Shown piece after piece: positions 38,951-54,590 of a stretch of DNA of 64,000 bases (position 1 is its first letter; each line of letters opens with the position of its first letter). The stretch comes from Nemertoderma westbladi (Eukaryota; Animalia; Xenacoelomorpha). The notes beneath the pieces are model-generated. The model was not told the DNA's origin and made no database searches. It worked only from the letters and a program-made list of their open reading frames with translations. The DNA is taken from positions 32,801-96,800 of the forward strand of contig JAUCBJ010003225.1 of assembly GCA_032718475.1 (NCBI GenBank), read 5' to 3'. The translations under genes were made by a program, and so were the position numbers.

Positions 38951-39025
38951 ATTTCGGTCCTATGATACATAAAAAAAATCACCACCAAACAGTGAATAAA
39001 AAAACAAATGTACGCCATAGCGCTG

Positions 39026-39412
39026 AGCCGTTCATTGTGTCACGTACAATGAACTGAACACATCTCCAATCAGTTAATCCAAGTACCAATTAATCTCCCC
39101 TAGCTTGATCCTTGAACGGAACCGCCTCCGCTTTGCAGGACATTGCTTTCGCCGTGAGGACCAGCCAGTGGATAATATTTTGCATTTGCGCCCCCTTGGA
39201 GTGTATAAGCATGATGGGCAACCCATGACTTTCATGAGACGGATGCCCTTGAACACTGCCCTTGAAAATGCGGATGATCTAGCAAATGTCATGGGTTATA
39301 GGGTGTTGTGGCGGCTCAATTTTGTCGACAAGACGGCACAACATTCGTTATATATATATAATACATATATATATAATGCAGCTGCAATGCAGCACGCGTA
39401 GTAGTAGTAGTA
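39026..39412 (+). mobile_element. 3' end of the old RTE LINE split by the IS3EU element
   Basis: RLRFAGHCFRREDQPV...; (TAG)n tail at ~39398-39411; more diverged than the other copies. Confidence 0.9.
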
Positions 39413-39833
39413 TATCAAGATGTGAATGTCCCAATATTGAATCCACTCCAATGTTAAGGATTTCGTAGACATCACAAGTCCAAACTCTATAAACTTTATC
39501 TCCATTATTTATTTCCAAACAATGAAGACATGTTATCGCATATGGACGCAATATTAAAGTTTCACTATTTAAGGAGCTACTTTATGACATACATTTAGTA
39601 TCAATATTCAATATTTTAATACGAGTGATATTATTGATCGTTTTAAATTATTTTTGCCATGTTGAATTAATTTCGATTGATATTATTGGTCGTTTTAAAT
39701 AATGTTTCAAAAATGCATTATTTTGCTTAATAGTATAGGTTGATTTAAAACATGTTGTCTGTTGAATTATTTTGCTTGATATTTAATTATTTCAACCGAT
39801 AATTATAGAATTATAGGTAGTTTTAAATGAGAC

Positions 39834-42800
39834 AGTGAATTATTTCGACCTATAATTATATGTCGTATTAAATGTGATCAGCTGACATTGAATTATTTCG
39901 ACCTATAATTATATGTTGTATTAAATGTGATCAGCTGACATTGAATTATTTCGACCAATAATTATATGTTGTATTAAATGTGATCAGCTGACATTGAATT
40001 ATTTCGACCTATGATTATTGGTCGTATTAAATGTGATCAGCTGACAGTGAATTATTTCCACCTATAATTATATGTTGTAAATGTGATCAGCTGACAGTGA
40101 ATTATTTCAACCTATAATTATTGGTCGTATTAAATGTGATCAGCTGACATTGAATTATTTCCACCTATAATTATATGTTGTATTAAATGTGATCAGCTGA
40201 CAGTGAATTATTTCGACCTATAATTAATTATTGGTCGTATTAAATGTGATCAGCTGACAGTGAATTATTTCCACCTATAATTATATGTTGTAAATGTGAT
40301 CAGCTGACAGTGAATTATTTCCACCTATAATTATTGGTCGTATTAAATGTGATCAGCTGACATTGAATTATTTCGACCTATAATTATATGTTGTAAATGT
40401 GATCAGCTGACAGTGAATTATTTCGACCTATAATTATATGTTGTATTAAATGTGATCAGCTGACAGTGAATTATTTCCACCTATAATTAATTATTGGTCG
40501 TATTAAATGTGATCAGCTGACATTGAATTATTTCGACCAATAATTATATGTTGTATTAAATGTGATCAGCTGACAGTGAATTATTTCGACCAATAATTAT
40601 ATGTTGTATTAAATGTGATCAGCTGACAGTGAATTATTTCCACCTATAATTAATTATTGGTCGTATTAAATGTGATCAGTTGGCATTGAATTATTTCCAC
40701 CTATAATTATATGTTGTATTAAATGTGATCAGCTGACAGTGAATTATTTCCACCTATAATAAATTATTGGTCGTATTAAATGTGATCAGCTGACATTGAT
40801 TTATTTCCACCTATAATTATATGTTGTAAATGTGATCAGCTGACAGTGAATTATTTCCACCTATAATTAATTATTGGTCGTATTAAATGTGATCAGCTGA
40901 CAGTGAATTATTTCCACCTATAATTATATGTTGTAAATGTGATCAGCTGACATTGAATTATTTTGATGTATAATTATATGTTGTAAATGTGATCAGCTGA
41001 CAGTGAATTATTTCCACCTATAATTAATTATTGGTCGTATTAAATGTGATCAGCTGACAGTGAATTATTTCGACCTATAATTATATGTTGTAAATGTGAT
41101 CAGCTGACAGTGAATTATTTCCACCTATAATTAATTATTGGTCGTATTAAATGTGATCAGCTGACATTGAATTATTTCCACCTATAATTATATGTTGTAA
41201 ATGTGATCAGCTGACAGTGAATTATTTCCACCTATAATTAATTATTGGTCGTATTAAATGTGATCAGCTGACAGTGAATTATTTCGACCTATAATTATAT
41301 GTTGTAAATGTGATCAGCTGACAGTGAATTATTTCCACCTATAATTAATTATTGGTCGTATTAAATGTGATCAGCTGACATTGAATTATTTCCACCTATA
41401 ATTATATGTTGTAAATGTGATCAGCTGACAGTGAATTATTTCCACCTATAATTAATTATTGGTCGTATTAAATGTGATCAGCTGACATTGACTTATTTCC
41501 ACCTATAATTATATGTTGTAAATGTGATCAGCTGACAGTGAATTATTTCCACCTATAATTAATTATTGGTCGTATTAAATGTGATCAGCTGACAGTGAAT
41601 TATTTCGACCTATAATTATATGTTGTAAATGTGATCAGCTGACAGTGAATTATTTCCACCTATAATTAATTATTGGTCGTATTAAATGTGATCAGCTGAC
41701 ATTGAATTATTTCCACCTATAATTATATGTTGTAAATGTGATAAGCTGACAGTGAATTATTTCCACCTATAATTAATTATTGGTCGTATTAAATGAGATC
41801 AGCTGACATTGAATTATTTCCACCTATAATTATATGTTGTATTAAATGTGATCAGCTGACATTGAATTATTTCCACCTATAATTAATTATTGTTCGTATT
41901 AAATGTGATCAGCTGACAGTGAATTATTTCCACCTATAATTATATGTTGTATTAAATGTGATCAGCTGACATTTAATTATTTCCACCTATAATTATATGT
42001 TGTAAATGTGATCAGCTGACAGTGAATTATTTCGACCTATAATTATATGTTGTATTAAATGTGATCAGCTGACATTGAATTATTTCCACCTATAATTAAT
42101 TATTGGTCGTATTAAATGTGATCAGCTGACAGTGAATTATTTCGACCTATAATTATATGTTGTAAATGTGATCAGCTGACAGTGAATTATTTCCACCTAT
42201 AATTAATTATTGGTCATATTAAATGTGATCAGCTGACATTGAATTATTTCCACCTATAATTATATGTTGTAAATGTGATCAGCTGACAGTGAATTATTTC
42301 CACCTATAATTAATTATTGGTCGTATTAAATGTGATCAGCTGACATTGAATTATTTCCACCTATAATTATATGTTGTATTAAATGTGATCAGCTGACATT
42401 GAATTATTTCCACCTATAATTAATTATTGGTCGTATTAAATGTGATCAGCTGACATTGAATTATTTCCACCTATAATTATATGTTGTAAATGTGATCAGC
42501 TGACAGTGAATTATTTCCACCTATAATTAATTATTGGTCGTATTAAATGTGATCAGCTGACATTGAATTATTTCCACCTATAATTATATGTTGTATTAAA
42601 TGTGATCAGCTGACATTGAATTATTTCCACCTATAATTAATTATTGGTCGTATTAAATGTGATCAGCTGACAGTGAATTATTTCCACCTATAATTATATG
42701 TTGTATTAAATGTGATCAGCTGACATTTAATTATTTCCACCTATAATTATATGTTGTAAATGTGATCAGCTGACAGTGAATTATTTCCACCTATAATTAT

Positions 42801-45800
42801 TTATTGGTCGTATTAAATGTGATCAGCTGACATTGAATTATTTCCACCTATAATTAATTATTGGTCGTATTAAATGTGATCAGCTGACATTGAATTATTT
42901 CCACCTATAATTATATGTTGTATTAAATGTGATCAGCTGACATTGAATTATTTCGACCTATAATTATATGTTGTAAATGTGATCAGCTGACAGTGAATTA
43001 TTTCCACCTATAATTAATTATTGGTCGTATTAAATGTGATCAGCTGACATTGAATTATTTCCACCTATAATTATATGTTGTATTAAATGTGATCAGCTGA
43101 CATTGAATTATTTCGACCAATAATTATATGTTGTATTAAATGTGATCAGCTGACATTGAATTATTTCCACCTATAATTAATTATTGGTCGTATTAAATGT
43201 GATCAGCTGACATTTAATTATTTCCACCTATAATTATATGTTGTAAATGTGATCAGCTGACATTGAATTATTTCCACCTATAATTAATTATTGGTCGTAT
43301 TAAATGTGATCAGCTGACATTTAATTATTTCCACCTATAATTATATGTTGTAAATGTGATCAGCTGACAGTGAATTATTTCGACCTATAATTATATGTTG
43401 TATTAAATGTGATCAGCTGACATTGAATTATTTCCACCTATAATTAATTATTGGTCGTATTAACTGTGATCAGCTGAGAGTGAATTATTTCGACCTATAA
43501 TTATATGTTGTAAATGTGATCAGCTGACAGTGAATTATTTCCACCTATAATTAATTATTGGTCGTATTAAATGTGATCAGCTGACATTGAATTATTTCCA
43601 CCTATAATTATATGTTGTAAATGTGATCAGCTGACAGTGAATTATTTCCACCTATAATTATATGTTGTAAATGTGATCAGCTGACATTTAATTATTTCCA
43701 CCTATAATTATATGTTGTAAATGTGATCAGCTGACATTGAATTATTTCCACCTATAATTAATTATTGGTCGTATTAAATGTGATCAGCTGACATTGAATT
43801 ATTTCCACCTATATTTATATGTTGTAAATGTGATCAGCTGACATTGAATTATTTCCACCTATAATTATATGTTGTAAATGTGATCAGCTGACATTGAATT
43901 ATTTCCACCTATAATTATATGTTGTATTAAATGTGATCAGCTGACATTGAATTATTTCCACCTATAATTAATTATTGGTCGTATTAAATGTGATCAGCTG
44001 ACATTGAATTATTTCCACCTATAATTATATGTTGTAAATGTGATCAGCTGACAGTGAATTATTTCCACCTATAATTAATTATTGGTCGTATTAAATGTGA
44101 TCAGCTGACATTGAATTATTTCGACCTATAATTATATGTTGTAAATGTGATCAGCTGACATTGAATTATTTCCACCTATAATTATATGTTGTATTAAATG
44201 TGATCAGCTGACATTTAATTATTTCCACCTATAATTATATGTTGTAAATGTGATCAGCTGACAGTGAATTATTTCGACCTATAATTATATGTTGTATTAA
44301 ATGTGATCAGCTGGCATTGAATTATTTCGATGTATAATTATATGTTGTAAATGTGATCAGCTGACAGTGAATTATTTCCACCTATAATTAATTATTGGTC
44401 GTATTAAATGTGATCAGCTGACAGTGAATTATTTCGACCTATAATTATATGTTGTAAATGTGATCAGCTGACAGTGAATTATTTCCACCTATAATTAATT
44501 ATTGGTCGTATTAAATGTGATCAGCTGACATTGAATTATTTCCACCTATAATTATATGTTGTAAATGTGATCAGCTGACAGTGAATTATTTCCAACTATA
44601 ATTAATTATTGGTCGTATTAAATGTGATCAGCTGACAGTGAATTATTTCGACCTATAATTATATGTTGTAAATGTGATCAGCTGACAGTGAATTATTTCC
44701 ACCTATAATTAATTATTGGTCGTATTAAATGTGATCAGCTGACATTGAATTATTTCCACCTATAATTATATGTTGTAAATGTGATCAGCTGACATTGAAT
44801 TATTTCCACCTATAATTATATGTTGTAAATGTGATCAGCTGACAGTGAATTATTTCCACCTATAATTAATTATTGGTCGTATTAAATGTGATCAGCTGAC
44901 ATTGAATTATTTCCACCTATAATTATATGTTGTAAATGTGATCAGCTGACAGTGAATTATTTCCACCTATAATTAATTATTGGTCGTATTAAATGTGATC
45001 AGCTGACAGTGAATTATTTCGACCTATAATTATATGTTGTAAATGTGATCAGCTGACAGTGAATTATTTCCACCTATAATTAATTATTGGTCGTATTAAA
45101 TGTGATCAGCTGACATTGAATTATTTCCACCTATAATTATATGTTGTAAATGTGATCAGCTGACAGTGAATTATTTCCACCTATAATTAATTATTGGTCG
45201 TATTAAATGTGATCAGCTGACATTGAATTATTTCCACCTATAATTATATGTTGTATTAAATGTGATCAGCTGACATTGAATTATTTCCACCTATAATTAA
45301 TTATTGGTCGTATTAAATATGATCAGCTGACATTGAATTATTTCCACCTATAATTATATGTTGTAAATGTGATCAGCTGACAGTGAATTATTTCCACCTA
45401 TAATTAATTATTGGTCGTATTAAATGTGATCAGCTGACAGTGAATTATTTCCACCTATAATTATATGTTGTATTAAATGTGATCAGCTGACATTTAATTA
45501 TTTCCACCTATAATTATATGTTGTAAATGTGATCAGCTGACAGTGAATTATTTCGACCTATAATTATATGTTGTATTAAATGTGATCAGCTGACATTGAA
45601 TTATTTCCACCTATAATTAATTATTGGTCGTATTAAATGTGATCAGCTGACAGTGAATTATTTCGACCTATAATTATATGTTGTAAATGTGATCAGCTGA
45701 CAGTGAATTATTTCCACCTATAATTAATTATTGGTCGTATTAAATGTGATCAGCTGACATTGAAATATTTCCACCTATAATTATATGTTGTAAATGTGAT

Positions 45801-48800
45801 CAGCTGACAGTGAATTATTTCCACCTATAATTAATTATTGGTCGTATTAAATGTGATCAGCTGACATTGAATTATTTCCACCTATAATTATATGTTGTAT
45901 TAAATGTGATCAGCTGACATTGAATTATTTCCACCTATAATTAATTATTGGTCGTATTAAATGTGATCAGCTGACAGTGAATTATTTCCACCTATAATTA
46001 TATGTTGTATTAAATGTGATCAGCTGACATTTAATTATTTCCACCTATAATTATATGTTGTAAATGTGATCAGCTGACAGTGAATTATTTCCACCTATAA
46101 TTAATTATTGGTCGTATTAAATGTGATCAGCTGACATTGAATTATTTCCACCTATAATTATATGTTGTATTAAATGCGATCAGCTGACATTGAATTATTT
46201 CGACCAATAATTATATGTTGTATTAAATGTGATCAGCTGACATTGAATTATTTCCACCTATAATTAATTATTGGTCGTATTAAATGTGATCAGCTGACAT
46301 TTAATTATTTCCACCTATAATTATATGTTGTAAATGTGATCAGCTGACATTGAATTATTTCCACCTATAATTAATTATTGGTCGTATTAAATGTGATCAG
46401 CTCACATTTAATTATTTCCACCTATAATTATATGTTGTAAATGTGATCAGCTGACAGTGAATTATTTCGACCTATAATTATATGTTGTATTAAATGTGAT
46501 CAGCTGACATTGAATTATTTCCACCTATAATTAATTATTGGTCGTATTAAATGTGATCAGCTGAGAGTGAATTATTTCGACCTATAATTATATGTTGTAA
46601 ATGTGATCAGCTGACAGTGAATTATTTCCACCTATAATTAATTATTGGTCGTATTAAATGTGATCAGCTGACATTGAATTATTTCCACCTATAATTATAT
46701 GTTGTAAATGTGATCAGCTGACATTGAATTATTTCGACCTATAATTATATGTTGTAAATGTGATCAGCTGACATTGAATTATTTCCACCTATAATTATAT
46801 GTTGTATTAAATGTGATCAGCTGACATTTAATTATTTCCACCTATAATTATATGTTGTAAATGTGATCAGCTGACAGTGAATTATTTCGACCTATAATTA
46901 TATGTTGTATTAAATGTGATCAGCTGGCATTGAATTATTTCGATGTATAATTATATGTTGTAAATGTGATCAGCTGACAGTGAATTATTTCCACCTATAA
47001 TTAATTATTGGTCGTATTAAATGTGATCAGCTGACAGTGAATTATTTCGACCTATAATTATATGTTGTAAATGTGATCAGCTGACAGTGAATTATTTCCA
47101 CCTATAATTAATTATTGGTCGTATTAAATGTGATCAGCTGACATTGAATTATTTCCACCTATAATTATATGTTGTAAATGTGATCAGCTGACAGTGAATT
47201 ATTTCCAACTATAATTAATTATTGGTCGTATTAAATGTGATCAGCTGACAGTGAATTATTTCGACCTATAATTATATGTTGTAAATGTGATCAGCTGACA
47301 GTGAATTATTTACACCTATAATTAATTATTGGTCGTATTAAATGTGATCAGCTGACAGTGAATTATTTCGACCTATAATTATATGTTGTAAATGTGATCA
47401 GCTGACAGTGAATTATTTCCACCTATAATTAATTATTGGTCGTATTAAATGTGATCAGCTGACATTGAATTATTTCCACCTATAATTATATGTTGTAAAT
47501 GTGATCAGCTGACATTGAATTATTTCCACCTATAATTATATGTTGTAAATGTGATCAGCTGACAGTGAATTATTTCCACCTATAATTAATTATTGGTCGT
47601 ATTAAATGTGATCAGCTGACATTGAATTATTTCCACCTATAATTATATGTTGTAAATGTGATCAGCTGACAGTGAATTATTTCCACCTATAATTAATTAT
47701 TGGTCGTATTAAATGTGATCAGCTGACAGTGAATTATTTCGACCTATAATTATATGTTGTAAATGTGATCAGCTGACAGTGAATTATTTCCACCTATAAT
47801 TAATTATTGGTCGTATTAAATGTGATCAGCTGACATTGAATTATTTCCACCTATAATTATATGTTGTAAATGTGATCAGCTGACAGTGAATTATTTCCAC
47901 CTATAATTAATTATTGGTCGTATTAAATGTGATCAGCTGACATTGAATTATTTCCACCTATAATTATATGTTGTATTAAATGTGATCAGCTGACATTGAA
48001 TTATTTCCACCTATAATTAATTATTGGTCGTATTAAATATGATCAGCTGACATTGAATTATTTCCACCTATAATTATATGTTGTAAATGTGATCAGCTGA
48101 CAGTGAATTATTTCCACCTATAATTAATTATTGGTCGTATTAAATGTGATCAGCTGACAGTGAATTATTTCCACCTATAATTATATGTTGTATTAAATGT
48201 GATCAGCTGACATTTAATTATTTCCACCTATAATTATATGTTGTAAATGTGATCAGCTGACAGTGAATTATTTCGACCTATAATTATATGTTGTATTAAA
48301 TGTGATCAGCTGACATTGAATTATTTCCACCTATAATTAATTATTGGTCGTATTAAATGTGATCAGCTGACAGTGAATTATTTCGACCTATAATTATATG
48401 TTGTAAATGTGATCAGCTGACAGTGAATTATTTCCACCTATAATTAATTATTGGTCGTATTAAATGTGATCAGCTGACATTGAAATATTTCCACCTATAA
48501 TTATATGTTGTAAATGTGATCAGCTGACAGTGAATTATTTCCACCTATAATTAATTATTGGTCGTATTAAATGTGATCAGCTGACATTGAATTATTTCCA
48601 CCTATAATTATATGTTGTATTAAATGTGATCAGCTGACATTGAATTATTTCCACCTATAATTAATTATTGGTCGTATTAAATGTGATCAGCTGACAGTGA
48701 ATTATTTCCACCTATAATTATATGTTGTATTAAATGTGATCAGCTGACATTTAATTATTTCCACCTATAATTATATGTTGTAAATGTGATCAGCTGACAG

Positions 48801-51800
48801 TGAATTATTTCCACCTATAATTAATTATTGGTCGTATTAAATGTGATCAGCTGACATTGAATTATTTCCACCTATAATTATATGTTGTATTAAATGTGAT
48901 CAGCTGACATTGAATTATTTCGACCAATAATTATATGTTGTATTAAATGTGATCAGCTGACATTGAATTATTTCCACCTATAATTAATTATTGGTCGTAT
49001 TAAATGTGATCAGCTGACATTTAATTATTTCCACCTATAATTATATGTTGTAAATGTGATCAGCTGACATTGAATTATTTCCACCTATAATTAATTATTG
49101 GTCGTATTAAATGTGATCAGCTGACATTTAATTATTTCCACCTATAATTATATGTTGTAAATGTGATCAGCTGACAGTGAATTATTTCGACCTATAATTA
49201 TATGTTGTATTAAATGTGATCAGCTGACATTGAATTATTTCCACCTATAATTAATTATTGGTCGTATTAAATGTGATCAGCTGAGAGTGAATTATTTCGA
49301 CCTATAATTATATGTTGTAAATGTGATCAGCTGACAGTGAATTATTTCCACCTATAATTAATTATTGGTCGTATTAAATGTGATCAGCTGACATTGAATT
49401 ATTTCCACCTATAATTATATGTTGTAAATGTGATCAGCTGACAGTGAATTATTTCCACCTATAATTAATTATTGGTCGTATTAAATGTGATCAGCTGACA
49501 TTGAATTATTTCCACCTATAATTATATGTTGTATTAAATGTGATCAGCTGACATTGAATTATTTCCACCTATAATTAATTATTGGTCATATTAAATGTGA
49601 TCAGCTGACATTGAATTATTTCCACCTATAATTATATGTTGTAAATGTGATCAGCTGACAGTGAATTATTTCCACCTATAATTAATTATTGGTCGTATTA
49701 AATGTGATCAGCTGACATTGAATTATTTCGACCTATAATTATATGTTGTAAATGTGATCAGCTGACAGTGAATTATTTCCACCTATAATTAATTATTGGT
49801 CGTATTAAATGTGATCAGCTGACATTGATTTATTTCCACCTATAATTATATATTGTAAATGTGATCAGCTGACAGTGAATTATTTCCACCTATAATTAAT
49901 TATTGGTCGTATTAAATGTGATCAGCTGACATTGAATTATTTCGACCTATAATTATATGTTGTAAATGTGATCAGCTGACAGTGAATTATTTCCACCTAT
50001 AATTATATGTTGTATTAAATGTGATCAGCTGACATTTAATTATTTCCACCTATAATTATATGTTGTAAATGTGATCAGCTGACAGTGAATTATTTCGACC
50101 TATAATTATATGTTGTATTAAATGTGATCAGCTGACATTGAATTATTTCCACCTATAATTAATTATTGGTCGTATTAAATGTGATCAGCTGACAGTGAAT
50201 TATTTCGACCTATAATTATATGTTGTAAATGTGATCAGCTGACAGTGAATTATTTCCACCTATAATTAATTATTGGTCGTATTAAATGTGATCAGCTGAC
50301 ATTGAATTATTTCCACCTATAATTATATGTTGTAAATGTGATCAGCTGACAGTGAATTATTTCCACCTATAATTAATTATTGGTCGTATTAAATGTGATC
50401 AGCTGACATTGAATTATTTCCACCTATAATTATATGTTGTATTAAATGTGATCAGCTGACATTGCATTATTTCCACCTATAATTAATTATTGGTCGTATT
50501 AAATGTGATCAGCTGACATTGAATTATTTCCACCTATAATTATATGTTGTAAATGTGATCAGCTGACAGTGAATTATTTCCACCTATAATTAATTATTGG
50601 TCGTATTAAATGTGATCAGCTGACATTGAATTATTTCCACCTATAATTATATGTTGTAAATGTGATCAGCTGACAGTGAATTATTTCCACCTATAATTAA
50701 TTATTGGTCGTATTAAATGTGATCAGCTGACATTGAATTATTTCCACCTATAATTATATGTTGTATTAAATGTGATCAGCTGACATTTAATTATTTCCAC
50801 CTATAATTATATGTTGTAAATGTGATCAGCTGACAGTGAATTATTTCGACCTATAATTATATGTTGTATTAAATGTGATCAGCTGACATTGAATTATTTC
50901 CACCTATAATTAATTATTAGTCGTATTAAATGTGATCAGCTGACAGTGAATTATTTCGACCTATAATTATATGTTGTAAATGTGATCAGCTGGCAGTGAA
51001 TTATTTCCACCTATAATTAATTATTGGTCGTATTAAATGTGATCAGCTGACATTGAATTATTTCCACCTATAATTATATGTTGTAAATGTGATCAGCTGT
51101 CAGTGAATTATTTCCACCTATAATTAATTATTGGTCGTATTAAATGTGATCAGCTGACATTGAATTATTTCCACCTATAATTATATGTTGTATTAAATGT
51201 GATCAGCTGACATTGAATTATTTCCACCTATAATTAATTATTGGGCGTATTAAATGTGATCAGCTGACATTGAATTATTTCCACCTATAATTATATGTTG
51301 TATTAAATGTGATCAGCTGACATTGAATTATTTCCACCTATAATTAATTATTGGTCGTATTAAATGTGATCAGCTGACAGTGAATTATTTCCACCTATAA
51401 TTATATGTTGTATTAAATGTGATCAGCTGACATTTAATTATTTCCACCTATAATTATATGTTGTAAATGTGATCAGCTGACAGTGAATTATTTCCACCTA
51501 TAATTAATTATTGGTCGTATTAAATGTGATCAGAGCTGACATTGAATTATTTCCACCTATAATTATATGTTGTATTAAATGTGATCAGCTGACATTGAAT
51601 TATTTCCACCTATAATTAATTATTGGTCGTATTAAATGTGATCAGCTGACAGTGAATTATTTCCACCTATAATTATATGTTGTATTAAATGTGATCAGCT
51701 GACATTTAATTATTTCCACCTATAATTATATGTTGTAAATGTGATCAGCTGACAGTGAATTATTTCCACCTATAATTAATTATTGGTCGTATTAAATGTG

Positions 51801-54590
51801 ATCAGCTGACATTGAATTATTTCCACCTATAATTATATGTTGTAAATGTGATCAGCTGACATTGAATTATTTCCACCTATAATTAATTATTGGTCGTATT
51901 AAATGTGATCAGCTGACATTGAATTATTTCCACCTATAATTATATGTTGTATTAAATGTGATCAGCTGACATTGAATTATTTCGACCAATAATTATATGT
52001 TGTATTAAATGTGATCAGCTGACATTGAATTATTTCCACCTATAATTAATTATTGGTCGTATTAAATGTGATCAGCTGACATTTAATTATTTCCACCTAT
52101 AATTATATGTTGTAAATGTGATCAGCTGACATTGAATTATTTTCACCTATAATTAATTATTGGTCGTATTAAATGTGATCAGCTGACATTTAATTATTTC
52201 CACCTATAATTATATGCTGTAAATGTGATCAGCTGACAGTGAATTATTTCGACCTATAATTATATGTTGTATTAAATGTGATCAGCTGACATTGAATTAT
52301 TTCCACCTATAATTAATTATTGGTCGTATTAAATGTGATCAGCTGACATTGAATTATTTCCACCTATAATTATATGTTGTATTAAATGTGATCAGCTGAC
52401 ATTGAATTATTTCCACCTATAATTAATTATTGGTCGTATTAAATGTGATCAGCTGACATTGAATTATTTCCACCTATAATTATATGTTGTAAATGTGATC
52501 AGCTGACAGTGAATTATTTCCACCTATAATTAATTATTGGTCGTATTAAATGTGATCAGCTGACATTGAATTATTTCCACCTATAATTATATGTTGTATT
52601 AAATGTGATCAGCTGACATTGAATTATTTCCACCTATAATTAATTATTGGTCGTATTAAATGTGATCAGCTGACAGTGAATTATTTCCACCTATAATTAT
52701 ATGTTGTATTAAATGTGATCAGCTGACATTTAATTATTTCCACCTATAATTATATGTTGTAAATGTGATCAGCTGACAGTGAATTATTTCCACCTATAAT
52801 TAGTTATTTGTCGTATTAAATGTGATCAGCTGACATTGAATTATTTCCACCTATAATTAATTATTGGTCGTATTAAATGTGATCAGCTGACATTGAATTA
52901 TTTCCACCTATAATTATATGTTGTATTAAATGTGATCAGCTGACATTGAATTATTTCGACCAATAATTATATGTTGTATTAAATGTGATCAGCTGACATT
53001 GAATTATTTCCACCTATAATTAATTATTGGTCGTATTAAATGTGATCAGCTGACATTGAATTATTTCCACCTATAATTATATGTTGTAAATGTGATCAGC
53101 TGACAGTGAATTATTTCCACCTATAATTAATTATTGGTCGTATTAAATGTGATCAGCTGACATTGAATTATTTCCACCTATATTTATATGTTGTAAATGT
53201 GATCAGCTGACATTGAATTATTTCCACCTATAATTACATGTTGTAAATGTGATCAGCTGACAGTGAATTATTTCCACCTATAATTAAATTATATGTTGTA
53301 AATGTGATCAGATGACATTGAATTATTTCCACCTATAATTAATTATTGGTCGTATTAAATGTGATCAGCTGACATTGAATTATTTCCACCTATAATTAAT
53401 TATTGGTCGTATTAAATGTGATCAGCTGACAGTGAATTATTTCGACCTATAATTATATGTTGTATTAAATGTGATCAGCTGACAATGAATTATTTCCACC
53501 TATAATTAATTATTGGTCGTATTAAATGTGATCAGCTGACATTGAATTATTTCCACCTATAATTATATGTTGTAAATGTGATCAGCTGACAGTGAATTAT
53601 TTCCACCTATAATTAATTATTGGTCGTATTAAATGTGATCAGCTGACATTGAATTATTTCCACCTATAATTATATGTTGTAAATGTGATCAGCTGACAGT
53701 GAATTATTTCGACCTATAATTATATGTTGTATTAAATGTGATCAGCTGACATTGAATTATTTCCACCTATAATTAATTATTGGTCGTATTAAATGTGATC
53801 AGCTGACAGTGAATTATTTCGACCTATAATTATATGTTGTATTAAATGTGATCAGCTGACAATGAATTATTTCCACCTATAATTAATTATTGGTCGTATT
53901 AAATGTGATCAGCTGACATTGAATTATTTCCACCTATAATTATATGTTGTAAATGTGATCAGCTGACAGTGAATTATTTCCACCTATAATTAATTATTGG
54001 TCGTATTAAATGTGATCAGCTGACATTGAATTATTTCCACCTATATTTATATGTTGTAAATGTGATCAGCTGACATTGAATTATTTCCACCTATAATTAC
54101 ATGTTGTAAATGTGATCAGCTGACATTGAATTATTTCCACCTATAATTACATGTTGTAAATGTGATCAGCTGACAGTGAATTATTTCCACCTATAATTAA
54201 TTATTGGTCGTATTAAATGTGATCAGCTGACATTGAATTATTTCCACCTATATTTATATGTTGTAAATGTGATCAGCTGACATTGAATTATTTCCACCTA
54301 TATTTATATGTTGTAAATGTGATCAGCTGACATTGAATTATTTCCACCTATAATTATATGTTGTAAATGTGATCAGCTGACATTGAATTATTTCCACCTA
54401 TAATTAATTATTGGTCGTATTAAATGTGATCAGCTGACATTGAATTATTTCCACCTATAATTAATTATTGGTCGTATTAAATGTGATCAGCTGACAGTGA
54501 ATTATTTCGACCTATAATTATATGTTGTATTAAATGTGATCAGCTGACAATGAATTATTTCCACCTATAATTAATTATTGGTCGTATTAA
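39834..54590. repeat. Satellite array, ~14.7 kb, monomers of 50/53/57 bp, often as a 107-bp dimer
   Basis: TGAATTATTTC(C/G)ACCTATAATT[ATATGTTGT(ATT)|AATTATTGGTCGTATT]AAATGTGATCAGCTGACA(G/T), roughly 275 monomers, very homogeneous. Confidence 0.98.

Larger units (their letters stand above)
25129..39019. mobile_element. Non-autonomous IS3EU-type DNA transposon with long repeat-containing TIRs, inflated to 13.9 kb by nested insertions
   Basis: Termini TATGGCATAC...GTACGCCATA; 6-bp TSD GCGCTG (25123-25128 / 39020-39025); the flanks rejoin as continuous RTE sequence. TAY..RTA ends with a 6-bp TSD are the IS3EU signature. Confidence 0.85.

Noticed and set aside
39834-54590. CRISPR-like look of constant AAATGTGATCAGCTGACA blocks with variable intervening sequence
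   Set aside because: Only about three recurring variants, no unique spacers, no cas genes, eukaryotic context: it is a satellite.
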